Below are positions 36,049-50,711 of a stretch of DNA of 64,000 nucleotides, piece after piece. The DNA comes from Octopus vulgaris (taxonomy: Eukaryota). Position numbers and translations under genes: made by a program. Where the stretch lies: assembly GCA_951406725.2 (NCBI GenBank), contig OX597819.1, forward strand, positions 37,510,001 to 37,574,000. Reading direction: 5' to 3'. The notes beneath the pieces were generated by a model that ran no database searches, was not told the origin of the DNA, and worked only from the letters and a program-made list of their open reading frames with translations. The first letter of the stretch is position 1; the number at the start of each line of letters is the position of its first letter.

Positions 36049-38603
36049 CAAGTTCTGATTACAACACAGTGGGTCATGTCTGGCTGCCTATAGGAACTCC
36101 TGTATGCTGACTAGCAGATTCTCATAGCCCCTCATCATTTGAAAAAAAAAAAAGGAAAAAGTACCTATCAAGGAAGCAAGAACTTGCAGAGAGAGGGCCT
36201 AATGGTCAATTTAGTGAAAACAAAGGTTTTAGCAGGAAAGAAAACAAAATGCTACCAAATGGAAAGTAGTAATGCACAATATGTAAGGAACGGGTGCAAA
36301 CAATGAATACACAAAAAGTTAAATGGGAAATAATACTGACTGAGAGGGGATATTGTATGTTATAATTGCTCAGGAAGAGAGAGCAGAACCATCATCCAAA
36401 AAATGAAGTCTCTCAATTACCTAAAAGGCTCATTATAAATTACTGAGGCTATCTGATCAGTAATGGAGGTAGGTCTTAAAATACATTACCAATGTCAAGG
36501 TGAAAAAGGGGAGCTGTTACCTATGTTGTCAACAAAGTACTTTCTTCAAATGATGGGCAGATTGAATATGAAATGTGATACTGTAGCAAGATATGGGCAA
36601 TGAATACTGATAGCTTATGAAAGCCAAAAATGAAATGAAGTGGTCATGGAGCTGGATCAGTAAGCAAGATCAAATACATGTGAACTCAGAGAAAAGCTAG
36701 GTACTAGAGCTATGTAATGTAATGTGCAGACTGTGTTAGTATAGACAAGTGATACATATGAAGAATGACTGTTGGGTGAGAAAGTACCAAATGATATACA
36801 AGTAGAAGAAGCCTGTAGAAGACATTAGTGGACGATCTCAATGTTCATGAAGATGAGGGAAGACTGTGATAAGTGATGTGAAGCTGTATTGAAACTGATC
36901 CATCCAACCCATGCCAACATAATGAAGGTGTAAAATTGATGATGACTATCTTGTAAAGTAAGCAGATCCACACCAAAGAAAATTAGCTGGAAGGGTATAC
37001 CATACAGTTCCAAATTCAAAAACCAAATAATGGAAATTAAAGTAAATAGTGTGATTTGCCTACAACTGCAATGCAAGAGCTGAGTGTTCTGACTGAGATA
37101 TCAATTTGATAAAAATTAATATATGAGCAATATACATTGATAACCATAAAAAGTCATTATTTCAGAAATATGGAAAGATAATTTCTCTATTTAGCAATTA
37201 AATGTTCAACTTTTTGAACAATTACTGAGGTACAAGTTTAACAGATAAAAATCAATAAAGAATGACATTAAACTCTGCCAAAAGAATTTTCACTCTAAAA
37301 GCAATATTTTAACTTTTAACTAAATAAATCACAACAAAAATGAGAATTTGGTGGAATGTTTTCATAGTTAAATTGTTTCCGACAGAGATAAGCAAGAAAA
37401 AAAAATGGAGAGTCAAATACAGCACTATTCTTAATTTCACAATCTTTTACAATGAAGTCAGTATTTTGTCTCAAATACAATTCTCTCTAGAATTTCTGTC
37501 ACACTTTACACATGAAAGCAATTATCCTTACCATTCACGTTTTTCTAAATTGTATGGCAGTTTCTGAAAAAACACTTTACAACTTATCTAATTTTATTTG
37601 TTCTTTTATTTTACATGTTTTCCATGATAGCATGTGTTAAACAAAAATTATTGAAGCATTGTTTTTTAACCAGATATCCGTCCCGTTGCTCACCCTGGCC
37701 TATTTTCCAGATTACAGATATTTTATATTCCCGCTGTTTTCCAAAGCATAGAATCAAAGGCCAATTTATAGATAAGGAACATCAACAAACATTGCCATTT
37801 TATTTTTAGCAAAACACTTTCTCTTTCTTGCAAAATGTAGAATGTAAACACTCTACACAGAGACAAACATATATACAATGGGCTCTCATACAGTTTCTGT
37901 CAACCAATTCCATTCAAAAAGCATTGGTCAACCTGAGACTAATGTGGAATACACTTGACATGCAATCAGAATTAGTGACCACATGGTTACCAAGCAAACT
38001 GTATCCATGTAGCTATGCCTGCCACTATTACTAGAAAACATATTTGTAAATTACAAAGATCATATCTAATTTTTTCTAAATTAAATCTATTGAATTGAGA
38101 ATCAATTTTGCATTGAACCTATGTCTATACAGAGAGGGACTTGTAGAACATACGATTTAGAATGTACCAGTTTCAGACTGCTAGATATCTCATATTTTCA
38201 ATAATTCCAAAGTCCAACTAATATTCAAAATAAAAATAATTCTATTACTGAAAGGTTTTATCATCATTCTCATATGTCTTTTCATGCAGGCACATATCAG
38301 ACAGGACCTTTTGAAGCAGTATTGAAGCCTTAAAGGCTGGATGTCATCCCTAACACCAACATTTTAGTTACAACTTATGACATGTAGGGATATGGTTAAC
38401 ATATTCTAAAAACAGTGATACAGTTTCTAGATAATGAGCTGGCAACATACTCATAATCTTAATTACTTTATCAGAAAATTATTAGAAAAAAGAAAGTTTA
38501 TACACAATTTTTAACGTATTCAAAATATGTGGTACTCTTTTATTATTCAACTCCTGCGTACCTATTAGCAATAAAAACCAAAATGTGAAACAAATATAAA
38601 AAC

Positions 38604-38721
38604 CTTTAATTTTGTTCTCCAAACGTGTGTCCAGTTCTCTTTCTTTCCTTATTGCCTCATCTGACAGCTTAGGTGCTCCTGGAAAAGCTATGAGGACAAT
38701 GCTCATGTTATCTCGACTTCC
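38604..38721 (-). CDS. PPM1A: PP2C phosphatase PPM1A/B-like, exon ending the catalytic domain
   Basis: ttctgcttacag acceptor. The 118 nt read [39 protein letters not shown](E), where GS.DN contains a PP2C metal-binding Asp. The donor AAG|GTTTTT is weak but phase-compatible with 27481. Confidence 0.95.
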
Positions 38722-41489
38722 CTGTAAGCAGAATATGAAGGTTATGAAAAATAAATACAAGTAAATAAGAGAGAAGAGAGATTTGAAGGATAGGAAAAAA
38801 AATTTTAATTTCAAATGGAATGATATCTAAAACAAATAGGAATCTAATTCATTGATATGTTTAGAACCCTATTACATAAATTATCAGATTCTAGTATGCT
38901 GTGAATTAAATGCTATCTAAAACATAATAGAAAAATAAAATATCTGAGCAGAAACAATCAAATTCAGGCATTGCATAGTAAATTTGACAGTAATCCAGTT
39001 GGTGGTGGATTGTCTTCCTTGGTTTAAAAAACACCAGTAATTGTAAACCAGGAAATAATTTTATTCTTTCAACAACAAAATATAGCTAATTTATAATTAA
39101 CAATCACAAAGTGAGATTAAGGTTTGGTTTTTAACCCAGTTTCCAAACAAATCAACTTCAGGGTTCAGTTTTTAGCTCACTAAAATAACAGCTAACACCA
39201 GATTGGTTTCGATCTTTTAAATTTTATTTTTCATTTAACAAAAAAGGATTGATTGTAATCAATTAATTAAATTAATTTGTATGAATACGATGTTGGCAGA
39301 ACTAAAAGGTTAACTTTTATAATATTAACATTGCAGAATAGCAAGAAGTATATAAGATACTTTTATTGAAATTTGTTAATTGGCTTGTATTTGCACACTA
39401 GTGGTTGCTTTTTATACTAGAGTGAAAAGAGTTAAGGAATTTTCAGTTGCAGAAAGGGTCTAATAATTTTTTTTCATTTTGTTTACCTAGAAATATTCTG
39501 GCACTAAAAAAGATTTCATTAGGAAACTGAAGTATATTATATCCACATTAAGCCTAACATAATAGTATGAAACTAGCATGAAGTAATAAAATATCTGAAA
39601 TTTCAAAAAAACTAAAAAAAGAATTGAAGTATGGTGTGTGTTCACTGGTTTGTTTCATACCTATTTTCTCATGTTGGTATGGCTTGAATGATTCTTTTTT
39701 TTATGACAGCATTTTATGGCCAAATGCTTTTTCTGTTGCCAATCCTTACCTAACTCAAGGACTTTTTCTGCTGCATTAGACTTTGAAAGCACAGAGCTAC
39801 AGAGCTTATTGTTCCCAGGCAATGTAAACATAGCATCACCATTTTTATCTCAGCAGAAATATCAACACACACAATAGCCTTCAATATGGTTTCTAACTCT
39901 TGATTCCACAAAGTATTGGTCAGCTGGAAGCTATGATAGAAGACATTTGCCCATGGTGACAGTGGGATTCAAACCAAAATGATATTGTTATAAAGCAATC
40001 TCCATATATCTACACCCGTAGAGTCAAATTTGAGCATATGCTTAATTGAAATTGAGATTTAATACAACATTTGCAAATAACAGAGAATTTAAGCATTTTT
40101 CTTTTTTCAAATCATTTAGAAAGTACCTTATTAAACATTTTTTTAATGCTGACAATTAAGCAGCAAAACCAAAGTTATTTCTAGAGTGACTTATTATGTG
40201 GAAGAAGAAAGATCTTAATACTTTGTTCAACTACTTTTTAATACTGTGTTCAATTACTTTAATTTTCTTAATTTTAATCCTGATCATTTTCCCCAGTTCT
40301 TCAAAATATATTCCTTGCTAATGAAACTAATACTGTTAAAATTTTCATAGTTTTATCATTTAATCTGCCCGTGGCTCAATTAATAAAGCTAATTTCACCC
40401 ATCCTACTACTATTTAAAACTGATTCATTCTTTAGCTATTATTACAATGTATGTCTAAGCCACACCAACACAAAACATTTTGAACATGGTGCATTTCCAT
40501 TTAATGTGAAAACTCAAATATTTAACAACAGGTTGCAAAGGAATATTTGAAACTGTATACAGTATTGTTCAAAAGGTGTTCTAAATTCATAGTTTTATTA
40601 TATGTGAGAAGGAACAATAACTAATTATGTTATCTTTTAAATAATTTAGTAGACATTCAGGTTAAGCAGTGCATTTTTGTTGGGTTTAAAGAAGCAAAGT
40701 GTATTCATTTCACTCCTTTCAATGGCAGTAAAAACTCTTAACATATAATCACAAAACCTAATTTAATAATTGTGCACTAATTATATACTTAGTGCTCATT
40801 ACCATCTTTACTAATTGTGGCCAATTTCTAAACCAAAAGGAAAGCATTAATATTGCATATTTTTGAGGAACAAAGCATTTTCAAAATTGGAAGTGAAGAG
40901 AAAAGTTTTGGAAAAAACAAAAATTATGAAATTTGCTGTCAGGAACAGAAAAAAAAAATCTCAAAAAGTTTCTGTTGAAAGCTGTATCCAAAGTTACAAA
41001 TGTCCCCCAAAACAAAAAACATATATCTGAAAGACTAATTCCTAACTAGAATAACACAGATAATCTAATTTCAAATCATTTTGCAGGTTAGTAATGAACA
41101 TTGTAAGAAAAGTCAGTATCAATAAAGCAAATTTCCACAAATTTAAGAATTTTTCTCTTCATTAGCAACATCCTATCAATTTCAAATTTCCTCTAAGCTA
41201 GACAGTTGTATTGTCACTGTATCAGTATAGCAAGCATAAAAAAAAAAAACATAACCACTGGCTTTTATTTGCTTGCTATGTAGCACCAAAATTCAAATGC
41301 TGTGCACTAGCTTTGAAGCTCAAATATTTTTAATCTTTGTGTCAAAAAAATAGCACCATTCAGTGATGTAAGAAAATTTTAGGGAATGTTTAACCATCCA
41401 ACCCATAACAGTATGGACAACAGATGTTAAATGATGATTTATTTATTGGTTGGGTTTGAAGGAAGGGGCTGTGTTTATTTCTTTCACAG

Positions 41490-43095
41490 GCTCCAACACT
41501 AATGAGACCACCATCATTAATGTCCCTAGTCAATATTTACAACTTGATAGCTGCAGGAATAATTTTTAGGATGGAAATTCCAGGGGATCTGATATTCTAA
41601 GGAAGGGAGGAATAAATGTAGTGTTTAGTGCAAGGCCTTGAAGTGGAGACAATATGGGTAATATGAGAGGCGATTGAGTCTAGTGTGCCAGAGTAGAGAC
41701 AGTACGAGACAAGCCAGCCTAAAGTATAGTGAGAACTGCAGGAGTAAAAGAAAGTAGACACATCGTGTCAGAGGGCCAGAGGTGGGAGACTATTGGTGAG
41801 CAACTTACGTCAAACAGTCAAGTGACCTCCCTTTGGATGTAGTCCAGGATGTGTGTGTGTGTGTGTGCTGCAGCACACACACACACACACAGCTCCTTTT
41901 GGTAAGAGACCAAAAGGACTGGGTGCTGTTTGGACACTGTTAGATACATAGAGTGAAAAGTCTTGGAGCAGTTGCAGTGCTAGGTAAAAGTTGTTTTACC
42001 TAGCACTGTGACTGCTTCAAGACTGATTTCTAAGAGTGGGTGATATTCTTCAAGCATTGTAGATCATGTCCTTTGCCTGAACTACTGAAGCACAGCTGTG
42101 AGTGAACTACTTGTGCTACTTGGGGCTGAGTTTAGCTGTATGTGGTGTATAACAACAGGGGGAGCATGCTGAAAAGGATGGTATGAAGTCACCTGCTTAG
42201 ATATTTTTGACAGGGTAGCAAGTGCTGCTACAGATAACTATCAGCAAAAAACTGAGGGCAATTTGACCAGTAGACTAAATTGAAGTACCATAGAGTTTAA
42301 GAGAAGGAATGTAGTAAACAGATGAATGATGAACTTAATAGGTGCAGAGATGGTTTGGTAAAGGTTGTCTTCAGAGTAAAAAGAAAAAAAGAGTTCAAAT
42401 ATGTTTGGAGCATCTATTTCTCAGCCAGGGATGTATATAGGGAATAAAACTAACAGATGTTAAGAGAGATGAGGACTGTAAAAGATTTGGTTTTATATGA
42501 GAGTCAAAAATGATTGAAGTCATTGGGAATAACGACTTTAGTGAAGGGTGAAGCTAAGTGTTCTTGATACAGGAAGCAATTTGGTCAGAGTTGTTTATTG
42601 GAAGAATCCAGAGAGCAATAGAGGAAGTAGATGCGTTTAGAGAAGGGGTTGGGAAACTGAACAAGAGTAACTGGAAGTCTTTCTGGCTGATATCCAAGTG
42701 TGGTCAGTGAGTGATGAGAGAGTAGAATTTACATGTGGAGGACACCATCTTTCAAAGTGAAGTTTGATAACAAGGGTTGCCACACACAGAAATAAAATGT
42801 GGGTTTCTATGCCAGTAAGAGATGATATGTGAAGTCTATGTTGAGAGAACAAGGAAGAATTGTTCAGTAGATTTAATACTTGTTTTTGGCATCTAGAAGT
42901 ATATTTGCACAGTGGGACACTCTCAAAGGTATTGTGATCTCACAATACCTTCCTGTTGAAAACCTCATCTGTAAGCTTGCCACAGAATGAACTCCACTTA
43001 AAAAGTCACTGATGAGTGAAGTGGCGGATGGAAAACCACAAGACAATGTACCTACCTCATCTAAAAGTGGAAACCTTTTACACCATACATAAGAG
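41490..43095 (-). mobile_element. Decayed LINE remnant (CR1/L2-like), heavily deleted
   Basis: Block that is C/T-rich on the minus strand, with RT/3'-end traces (tttgctgatag, cacacacatcctggactacatccaaagg). No intact ORF, and the clade assignment is tentative. Confidence 0.45.
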
Positions 43096-46000
43096 GGCTA
43101 CATAAAAAAAATGGATACCCAGAATCAAACAGCATGTGTGTGATTTAGCTATTAATACATGAGGTACAAACTACAGTTCACTTTTACATGCCTATAAGCT
43201 CTAAGACCAAATGTAAATATACAAGACCATTCATCAAACCTATAAATTGAAATACAATCCAAAAAGAAAGTATTTAACAATCATAACCAAACATTTTTGC
43301 ATTCTATCAATGTTTATAGCAGATTAATAATGAAGGCTTTAGTTACTTGATAAGGTTTGTATATAAAACCATTAAACAAACAGCATTTCTTCAGAATCAG
43401 AACAGGAACTCTTTTTAGAAACTGAAAATTACTATTTCTCCTAGAAAACTATTTCAATCCTGTTTGACATATATAGTACAAATCCATTGTTGAAATTATA
43501 ACTATTACTTTCAGTTGTTGTTGGCTGCAGGCCATATTGGATAGTAATCAATTTTGGCTCAGCACACAAGCAGAGAGTGATAAAGTAAATACTGAGGAAA
43601 AAAAAAAAAAAGCTTGCATAACAAAGTGTATGTTAAATCTGTCATAGTAAATAACATGCACAATTTATTGACATTCATGCATAAAAACTTTATTACATAA
43701 AATATTTCATCAATATTATATGAATATGGAAATATCTTGTAAAATTAATAGAAAATGCCTTCAAAATTAGAATATTAAGTTGTAAACTCATTTCTTATGA
43801 TAAATCTGTATGGTTATAAAGCTTTTAGATAATACGCTTCTCAGCAAAAGGTTTTCTAAATTTCTATAATTTATTGAAAATTTGCAATGGAGAAGACAAA
43901 AAAAAAAAAGAAGCTTCATTTAAGTTTTATTTACATACTAAAAAAGCAAAATACATCTGGGAGAATATAAATACATCAGAAATAATTTAAATCCTTTGTG
44001 ACCATATTTCTCATTAAATTATCAGTGAAAGATTTGGATGGATTTAGCAAAACAATCATTCTCTTTCAGCTGGCATTTAGAATATAAAAGGTTTCTCCTT
44101 AAGACTATTTTTGTGTACTCATATATAATTTCTGTATCTTAAAATGTTGGGCTATCAATAAAAACCAGAGTTTTGAGACATTTGCTCTAGAAAAACAACA
44201 TACAGGTACATGGAAGGTAATTTACATTAAGAATAGGACACTGGTATTAAGAAACACACACAAAGAAAAAAAAAATCACATCATCAACTATCCTCTTTTC
44301 CATGCTTGCATGGGTGAGATATCCTACCTGTTGCCAACTCTCACCTGTTTTCTAGCAAGGTAATAATTGCTCATGGCTAGACAAATTAAAAAAAAATTTT
44401 TTATGGAAAACTGGAAATGAACAACCTTATTTGTATAAAGGTGACATTTGTTTACAACCATCACATGTCAAGACAAGGGTATATACACACGATGGGCTTC
44501 TTTCAGTTTCCACCAACCTAATTCATTCACAAGGCTTAAAGGACACTTGATCAAGGTGCCACACACTGAGACTAAACAAGAGACCATTTGGTTGATAAGC
44601 AAGTTTCTTAATCACACTAAAATATTTTGTACTTCTCTAAGTTCAGAATCTTAAGACTGTCACTAAACTAAAAGAAACCAACATTTTTCTTACAAAATAT
44701 CTAATATGTGCAAAACTATCCAAACCATGGGAGCAAAACCAAAATATTGAAAAAGATGACACACACACACACACACACACAAATATATCATTTTACATCA
44801 GCTTTCCAGGTATGGGTTGGACAGATTACACAGTAATTGAGACGAGAGGGTGATAGAGGAGAGAGTAATTGAAAAGTGACAGTGCTGAAAAGTTAAGGTG
44901 TTGATAGTTATATGTTTGCTAGTGAGAAATCAAATGATGGATGGTAATAGAAAAGGATGTCATTAATGAGAGGCTGGATATAGAAGTGACAGCTGGCAGC
45001 ACAGGTGTTGGTAGGGTGTGCCAGATATGAACATATTTGATGCTATCTTCCATATGTAAGTTATCTTGATGAGAGAGAAAAGTGGAATAAGGATAATGGT
45101 AGAATCTGCAGTTCCAGTCCCATTCCTCATTACACAGGTGACACAATGCAATGACTAAAAGAGAATAAAGGCGAGTCTCAGAGAAATGAGAGGTTTGGTA
45201 ATTTCATCCCTAGTTACAAGATGTATAGCTGACTAGTGTATAATCATAGAGTGGTCATAGGCGTGTTTCACTCAGTTCCTGCATAGATCTCCATTAATGT
45301 TCTGCAAAATGTGTGTCTCAAATGACGCAATGATTACCATATGTTTTGTTTAGTCAGATGAAGAAGTAGCAGAAAATAAGTGATCTTTATGTCAATAACT
45401 CAAAGACCGAAGGGATCTGCTACAACCAGGAAGGCTCAAATAAGCAAAAACAAAAGCCTCTAAAAATCTGCTTTGTTTACTGAGGAAGTAAACGCTGCAT
45501 CCACAGAAAAGAATATGTCACCACTACCAAAGGATCTTAAGACCTTACTTCTGTGCCATTATGGAATTAGTGCTACTGTTTGGGTACACTGCTTGGACAG
45601 TCACCAGATACCAAAAAGCAAAGCTTAGTGGCAAATGTTATGAGCACTTCATGATATTTTAGGGAAGAAACAAAGTGGAGTAGGACATAATCTTCAAATG
45701 AAACTGACACACAGTAAAGACACTTTGGTTCTCCTTCATGGATGGTAGACTTTATTATCCTGTTTAACACCACTGCCTGGTCCTTGGGTACCTTTGGTGA
45801 AGTGTTTTGTTGCTTGCATACAAGCCACTCTCCCACCCACATTCTAGCATTACTTAATTCATTTGTCTCCTACACCTCTCAACATTAATAACCTTTTCTC
45901 ACTGTTATGTATAATACACACTCAGCATAAATGAAACCACCCTTCATTCTGCATTAATATTCAGCACAGGTATAATCTACGCAACTTAGACACCACAAGA

Positions 46001-47070
46001 CAATCTTACACCAAAAGTAGAGTGCATGAAAGTATCTTCAATTTTAATCCATAACCCCAGCAATCACTGTAAATAAAATCATTGTATACACAAAATTAAA
46101 ATCTTGTAAGTTACTAGAAATTCTAGATTTAGTTCCCCAATCCTTGACTATATATGGAACTCTTATTGATAAACAAAATTAATCTAATCTAATATTATTA
46201 AAACTGCAGTGAAATACAACCAATGTGTATGTCTTTATTGACAAAATGACCCTCCCCAAGTTGAACAATATCTGTTTTAACACACAGTTTCACATCAAGA
46301 TTTTTGCAGAACAATGTCGAACAATGTCTGATGACAATCTTGCTCTGGTAGAGGAATAAGTGAAATGAGATTAAAAGGATTTTAATACTATGAGGTCCTT
46401 CATTAAAGCTTAATTAGACCACTGTTTTAAGTGAAATTAACAGTTTTGTACAATATTTACTGTACTTATTTCAAGTTTATGTATATAAGGTCAATTCATA
46501 CATTGTTTTATGTTTTTATACACATGGTTATTAATTTCAGTACACTCGTTACCTCTGACCCCAAATCAGTGTAGTGGTAGCTACAGGATAAAGAACTTAA
46601 GCCAACTCTTCACAAAATTTAAAAAAAATTTTTTTTTTAGAATTTTATATTATTGGATTGGTAGAATCATTAGTGTGGGGACAGAAAGCACTGGTATTTA
46701 CTTATGGCTATTTATGATCTGAGTTTCAAACCTCAGGGGTCAACTTTACCTTTTATCCTTTTGGGGAGGGATCAATAAACCAAAATATCACTCCAATACA
46801 AGATTTAACATAATCAACTACTTCCACTAGTTTCCAAGTTTCTAACCTTGTATTTGTTTGAAATGATTATTTTTATCATTACTAAGAGGAGTGGATTGGC
46901 AGAACTATTAGATCATGAAACAGAATGCCACACACTACTTGTTCTAGCTATTTACCTTAATTTCAAATCATTTCAAGGTCAACTCTACATGCTTCAGTGG
47001 GTCAATATTTACAACCATTCCCTATCCCCAAATTTCTGGCCTTGTGCCTATGCTAGAAACATTACTATTA

Positions 47071-47235
47071 GGCGTAGGAGTGGCTGTGTGGTAAGTAGCT
47101 TGCATACTAACCACATGGTTTTGGGTTCAGTCCCACTGCGTGGCACCTTGCGCAAGAGTCTTCTACTATTGCCTCGGGCCGACCAAAGCCTTGTGAGTGG
47201 ATCTGGTAGACAGAAAGAAGCCCGTTATATATGTA

Positions 47236-47266
<31 letters not shown>

Positions 47267-47436
47267 TTATCCCCCCCCCTCCAACATCGCTTGACAACTG
47301 ATGCTGGTGTGTTTACGTCTCCATAACTTACCAGTTCGGCAAAAGAGACCGATAGAATAAGTCCTGGGGTTGATTTGCTTGACTAAAAGGCGGTGCTCCA
47401 GCATGGCCACGGTCAAATGACTGAAACAAGTAAAAG
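47071..47436 (+). mobile_element. Full-length tRNA-derived SINE
   Basis: ggcgtaggagtggctgtgtggtaag (A box), ggttcagtccc (B box), core, (TG)n, then ggcggtgctccagcatggcc...gaaacaagtaaaaga. Confidence 0.92.
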
Positions 47437-49097
47437 ACTACTACAACAAATATATAGGTACAAGGAGAGCACACAGGTATAAAGGCATCTTTAGTCATGC
47501 CAGAGGTAACACAGTTTAGTGCCAGTACCTAAAATGAATCTTGTATACTGTGAAAAAAAAAAAGGTTCATAATAGGAAGGGCATCCAGCTGTAGAAATTA
47601 ACCAACAATGTAACATGAGCTTCAACTTATCTACAAGGGCAATAACTCTGAATAAGAAAATTAAAAATCTGTTCAAACCATACCAGCATAAAAAATGGGA
47701 TTTCAAATGGTGGTGATGTATTTATATCTATCTTCATTACTATTCCATTTATTTCTGTTTAGTGATATAATCATGTACTTCTGTGGGATAAAAATTGTAT
47801 TTTCTAAGAATGAGTTCTAATACGCCAGAAAATTTTCTAAGCCAACACTCTCCAGTTCACAAGAGTACCAGATTACAACATAGTAAAATATGTAAAACCT
47901 AATTTTTATGACATCTTCTCAATTGCATACCACAACGAAATAAGAGTTAATTTTGTTTACTATTATGAATTCTAATGATGTTGATGGTAATTACTTTAGA
48001 ATTAGTAACAGGTGTCAGATTAAGAGAAAATTACCATTCAAACAGTTATTTTATAAAAAAAATTTTCTTCTCATGTAACTTGGATACTTTATTCATAAAT
48101 TTCACAATCTGAATATAGCCAAATTCTTAGTTTACTCCATTACTCTCATAAGTTTACAGTTATAGCACAATAAGGCAGATTTAAGCAGCAGTCCATGACA
48201 ATTGAGAAATCAACATAAATTCAACATGATAACTAAACCTAAACTAGTTCAAGTAACTAGTATATGACATGGGTAAAAAGTCTCATAGATAAGGAAAGAC
48301 AATAGCAAGTACAAAGGTATAAAGAAAAGTACTGGTGACTAAGAAGGTTTATTTTTAACCTCTCAGCAGACAGCATCAAAATTATTCAAGGAAAGTGAGT
48401 TGTCACCTTCTCAATCCAGCTGAAATAATTTGACTTGTGCAGCTAAAATATTTTGTTTGTAATTTCAAGTTAAATCTTAGCTATTATTTGAAATTAGAAA
48501 TATTCTTTCAAGGCACAAGGCCAGCATTTTGGAGGAGAGTGTAAGCTGATTAAATCAACCCAAATACTTGACTGATACCTTACTTTATCAACACTGGAAG
48601 GATGAAAAGCAAAACTGACTTTGGCAGAATTTGAACTCAATGTAAAAAGCTGAAGCAAATACAAGGCTGACATGTAAATGGTTGTGCCAATCCAGTGACA
48701 GGAATTGAAATTTTTTATATATTGTGCTTTAGTCAGTAAACCGTTTTCATTATATTCTTCATTCTAATTTTAAATAATCCTTTCAAATCTAAAAAATGTT
48801 TACACACCATAATTGGTGGTTTTTATACTGCTGCGAAAAATAAAGCAAATCTGTTCACTTTACTATTAGGAAAATGCTTTGTAGTAAATTAAAGCAACTA
48901 AAATGTCCAGCTATCATTTGAGGCAAAATATATCTTTATGGCTCAAGAATTCACTCAGTCACACAGCAGTTGGATAATCTACAAATTTGGGGGTTTGTAA
49001 GAGGGTGCTGGATTAAATGTTTAAGACGAGCAAGTACTCAGAAATCTGAGAACTAGTTTGAGATGAGAAGATACATATAACCAGGAGGTAACTTTAA

Positions 49098-49276
49098 TCC
49101 CTTAGCATTCAGATTACTGTCAAATATAATCTTGAGGCTTTGAGATTTCAATGATGTGATTACTTATTTTTACAATGACATTGTTAGGTAGGTGTGAGAG
49201 GCTAGATCTGGCCAATTGGAACATAAAACAGGTTTCAAATTTTGGGCCACATATGGCCAGTTTAAACACTTAAGGG
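49098..49276. mobile_element. piggyBac-type MITE
   Basis: ttaa-tcccttagcatt ... cacttaaggg-ttaa. The body is reverse-complementary to 56039-56257. Confidence 0.7.
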
Positions 49277-50711
49277 TTAAAAAAGAAAAAAAAAATTAGC
49301 TTCAAATTTTGACTCAAAGGCCATCAATTTCACAGGAGGGGATAAGTCGATTATATCTACTCTGGTGTTCACCTGGTACTTATTTTATCCATCCCGAAAG
49401 GATGAAGGCAAAGTTGACCACAGCAGAATTTTTTGCTTGGAATGCTAATGATTCTGCCAGCTCACCACCAATATTAGGTCTCTGACAAGCCTTTGCTACC
49501 TTAAATTTTTAATTTAATTATGTTAACCCCATTTAAATATACCTGCCTCAAATTTCTTTTTTTTTTATTTATATTCTGTATAAAATCTGCCCATAAATTT
49601 CATGCTAAACCTTATCTTTCAATGATGATGAATCTGATCAACCAACCAATCCTTAAGCTCTACTCTTCCTACATGGGACCAATAAGTTAAAACTACCCTT
49701 AGAGCAATAAACTATAAAACCTTTTATTTTTGGAGAAATTTCAAGTTAGAAACAAATTAGGAAACAAATTTGTAATTTTTAAGATAAAATTTTGAGAAAT
49801 TTTATGAAGAGCCAAATAACTAAACTACTGATTCAAAAATAATAAAATTATGACAATGAGAACAAAATTCTTTAAGAATAACTAATGCTAATATCCGTGG
49901 AATATGATGTGTGACAAATTTATTCTACCAAAACAAAATATTAAGAGATTTATTAGAAAATCCAGATAAGTTAATAGAATTACAAATGTGACTTCCTGTT
50001 GAAATGGTTAAGACTGGATGCCAAAATGATGAATGTGTTCCAACTCCATACTAGTTCACCAAATATGGAGCAGTAAACAGTAAAGCTTGACCCTGGTTCA
50101 GTCTAATGTAGGCATTCCTCTACCTGAAAACCAACACCCATAATTGAGGCCACACCAGTCTTATCACAAAATGGAGGGGAAGCAGGGAGAGAGAGAGAAA
50201 GACAATTGCAACTTTTTGAATAAGAGAAAAAGGGAAGGGCAAACAAGTTACTCATATGCTTACAGATACTGCCAAAAATTTTTTATACATATTAATAGAA
50301 ATAGATATAATCTGTAGAAAAGACAAAAGTGAAAATAAAACTATGGTTTTTGATGAAAAATTTTTTACTTTTTGAAGATGAAGCCAACTAATTCTTATAA
50401 AATAAGTAGGCATTTTATTTTTAAAGATTAAAAGAGAAAATGGTTGTTATTTAAAATTCTTTAAAAAATTAAAACTATAATATCAGGACAGGTTTTTTTC
50501 CTAGAATAAAATGCATGGGCTTATAGATTAAGCTGGTTATCTTGTTATAAAAGGAAATTAAATCTATAACAGATGCAAGAGGCATGGCTGTGGAGTAAGA
50601 AGCTTGCTCTCCAACCACATGGTTCTGGGTTCAATCCCACTGCGTGGCACATTGGGCAAGTGGATTTGGTTAACATAAATTGGGAGAAGCCCATCATATA
50701 TATATATATAT

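Larger units (their letters stand above)
35040..36945 (+). mobile_element. Decayed RTE LINE, RT to 3' end, with two younger insertions
   Basis: RT traces ttgttaacttaaaaaaggattttgatag (F..L.K.FD) and ggctgcctataggaactcctgtatgctga (GC..ELLYAD). The 3' end catccaacccatgccaacat...gatgatga is shared with the SINE tails. Confidence 0.6.
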
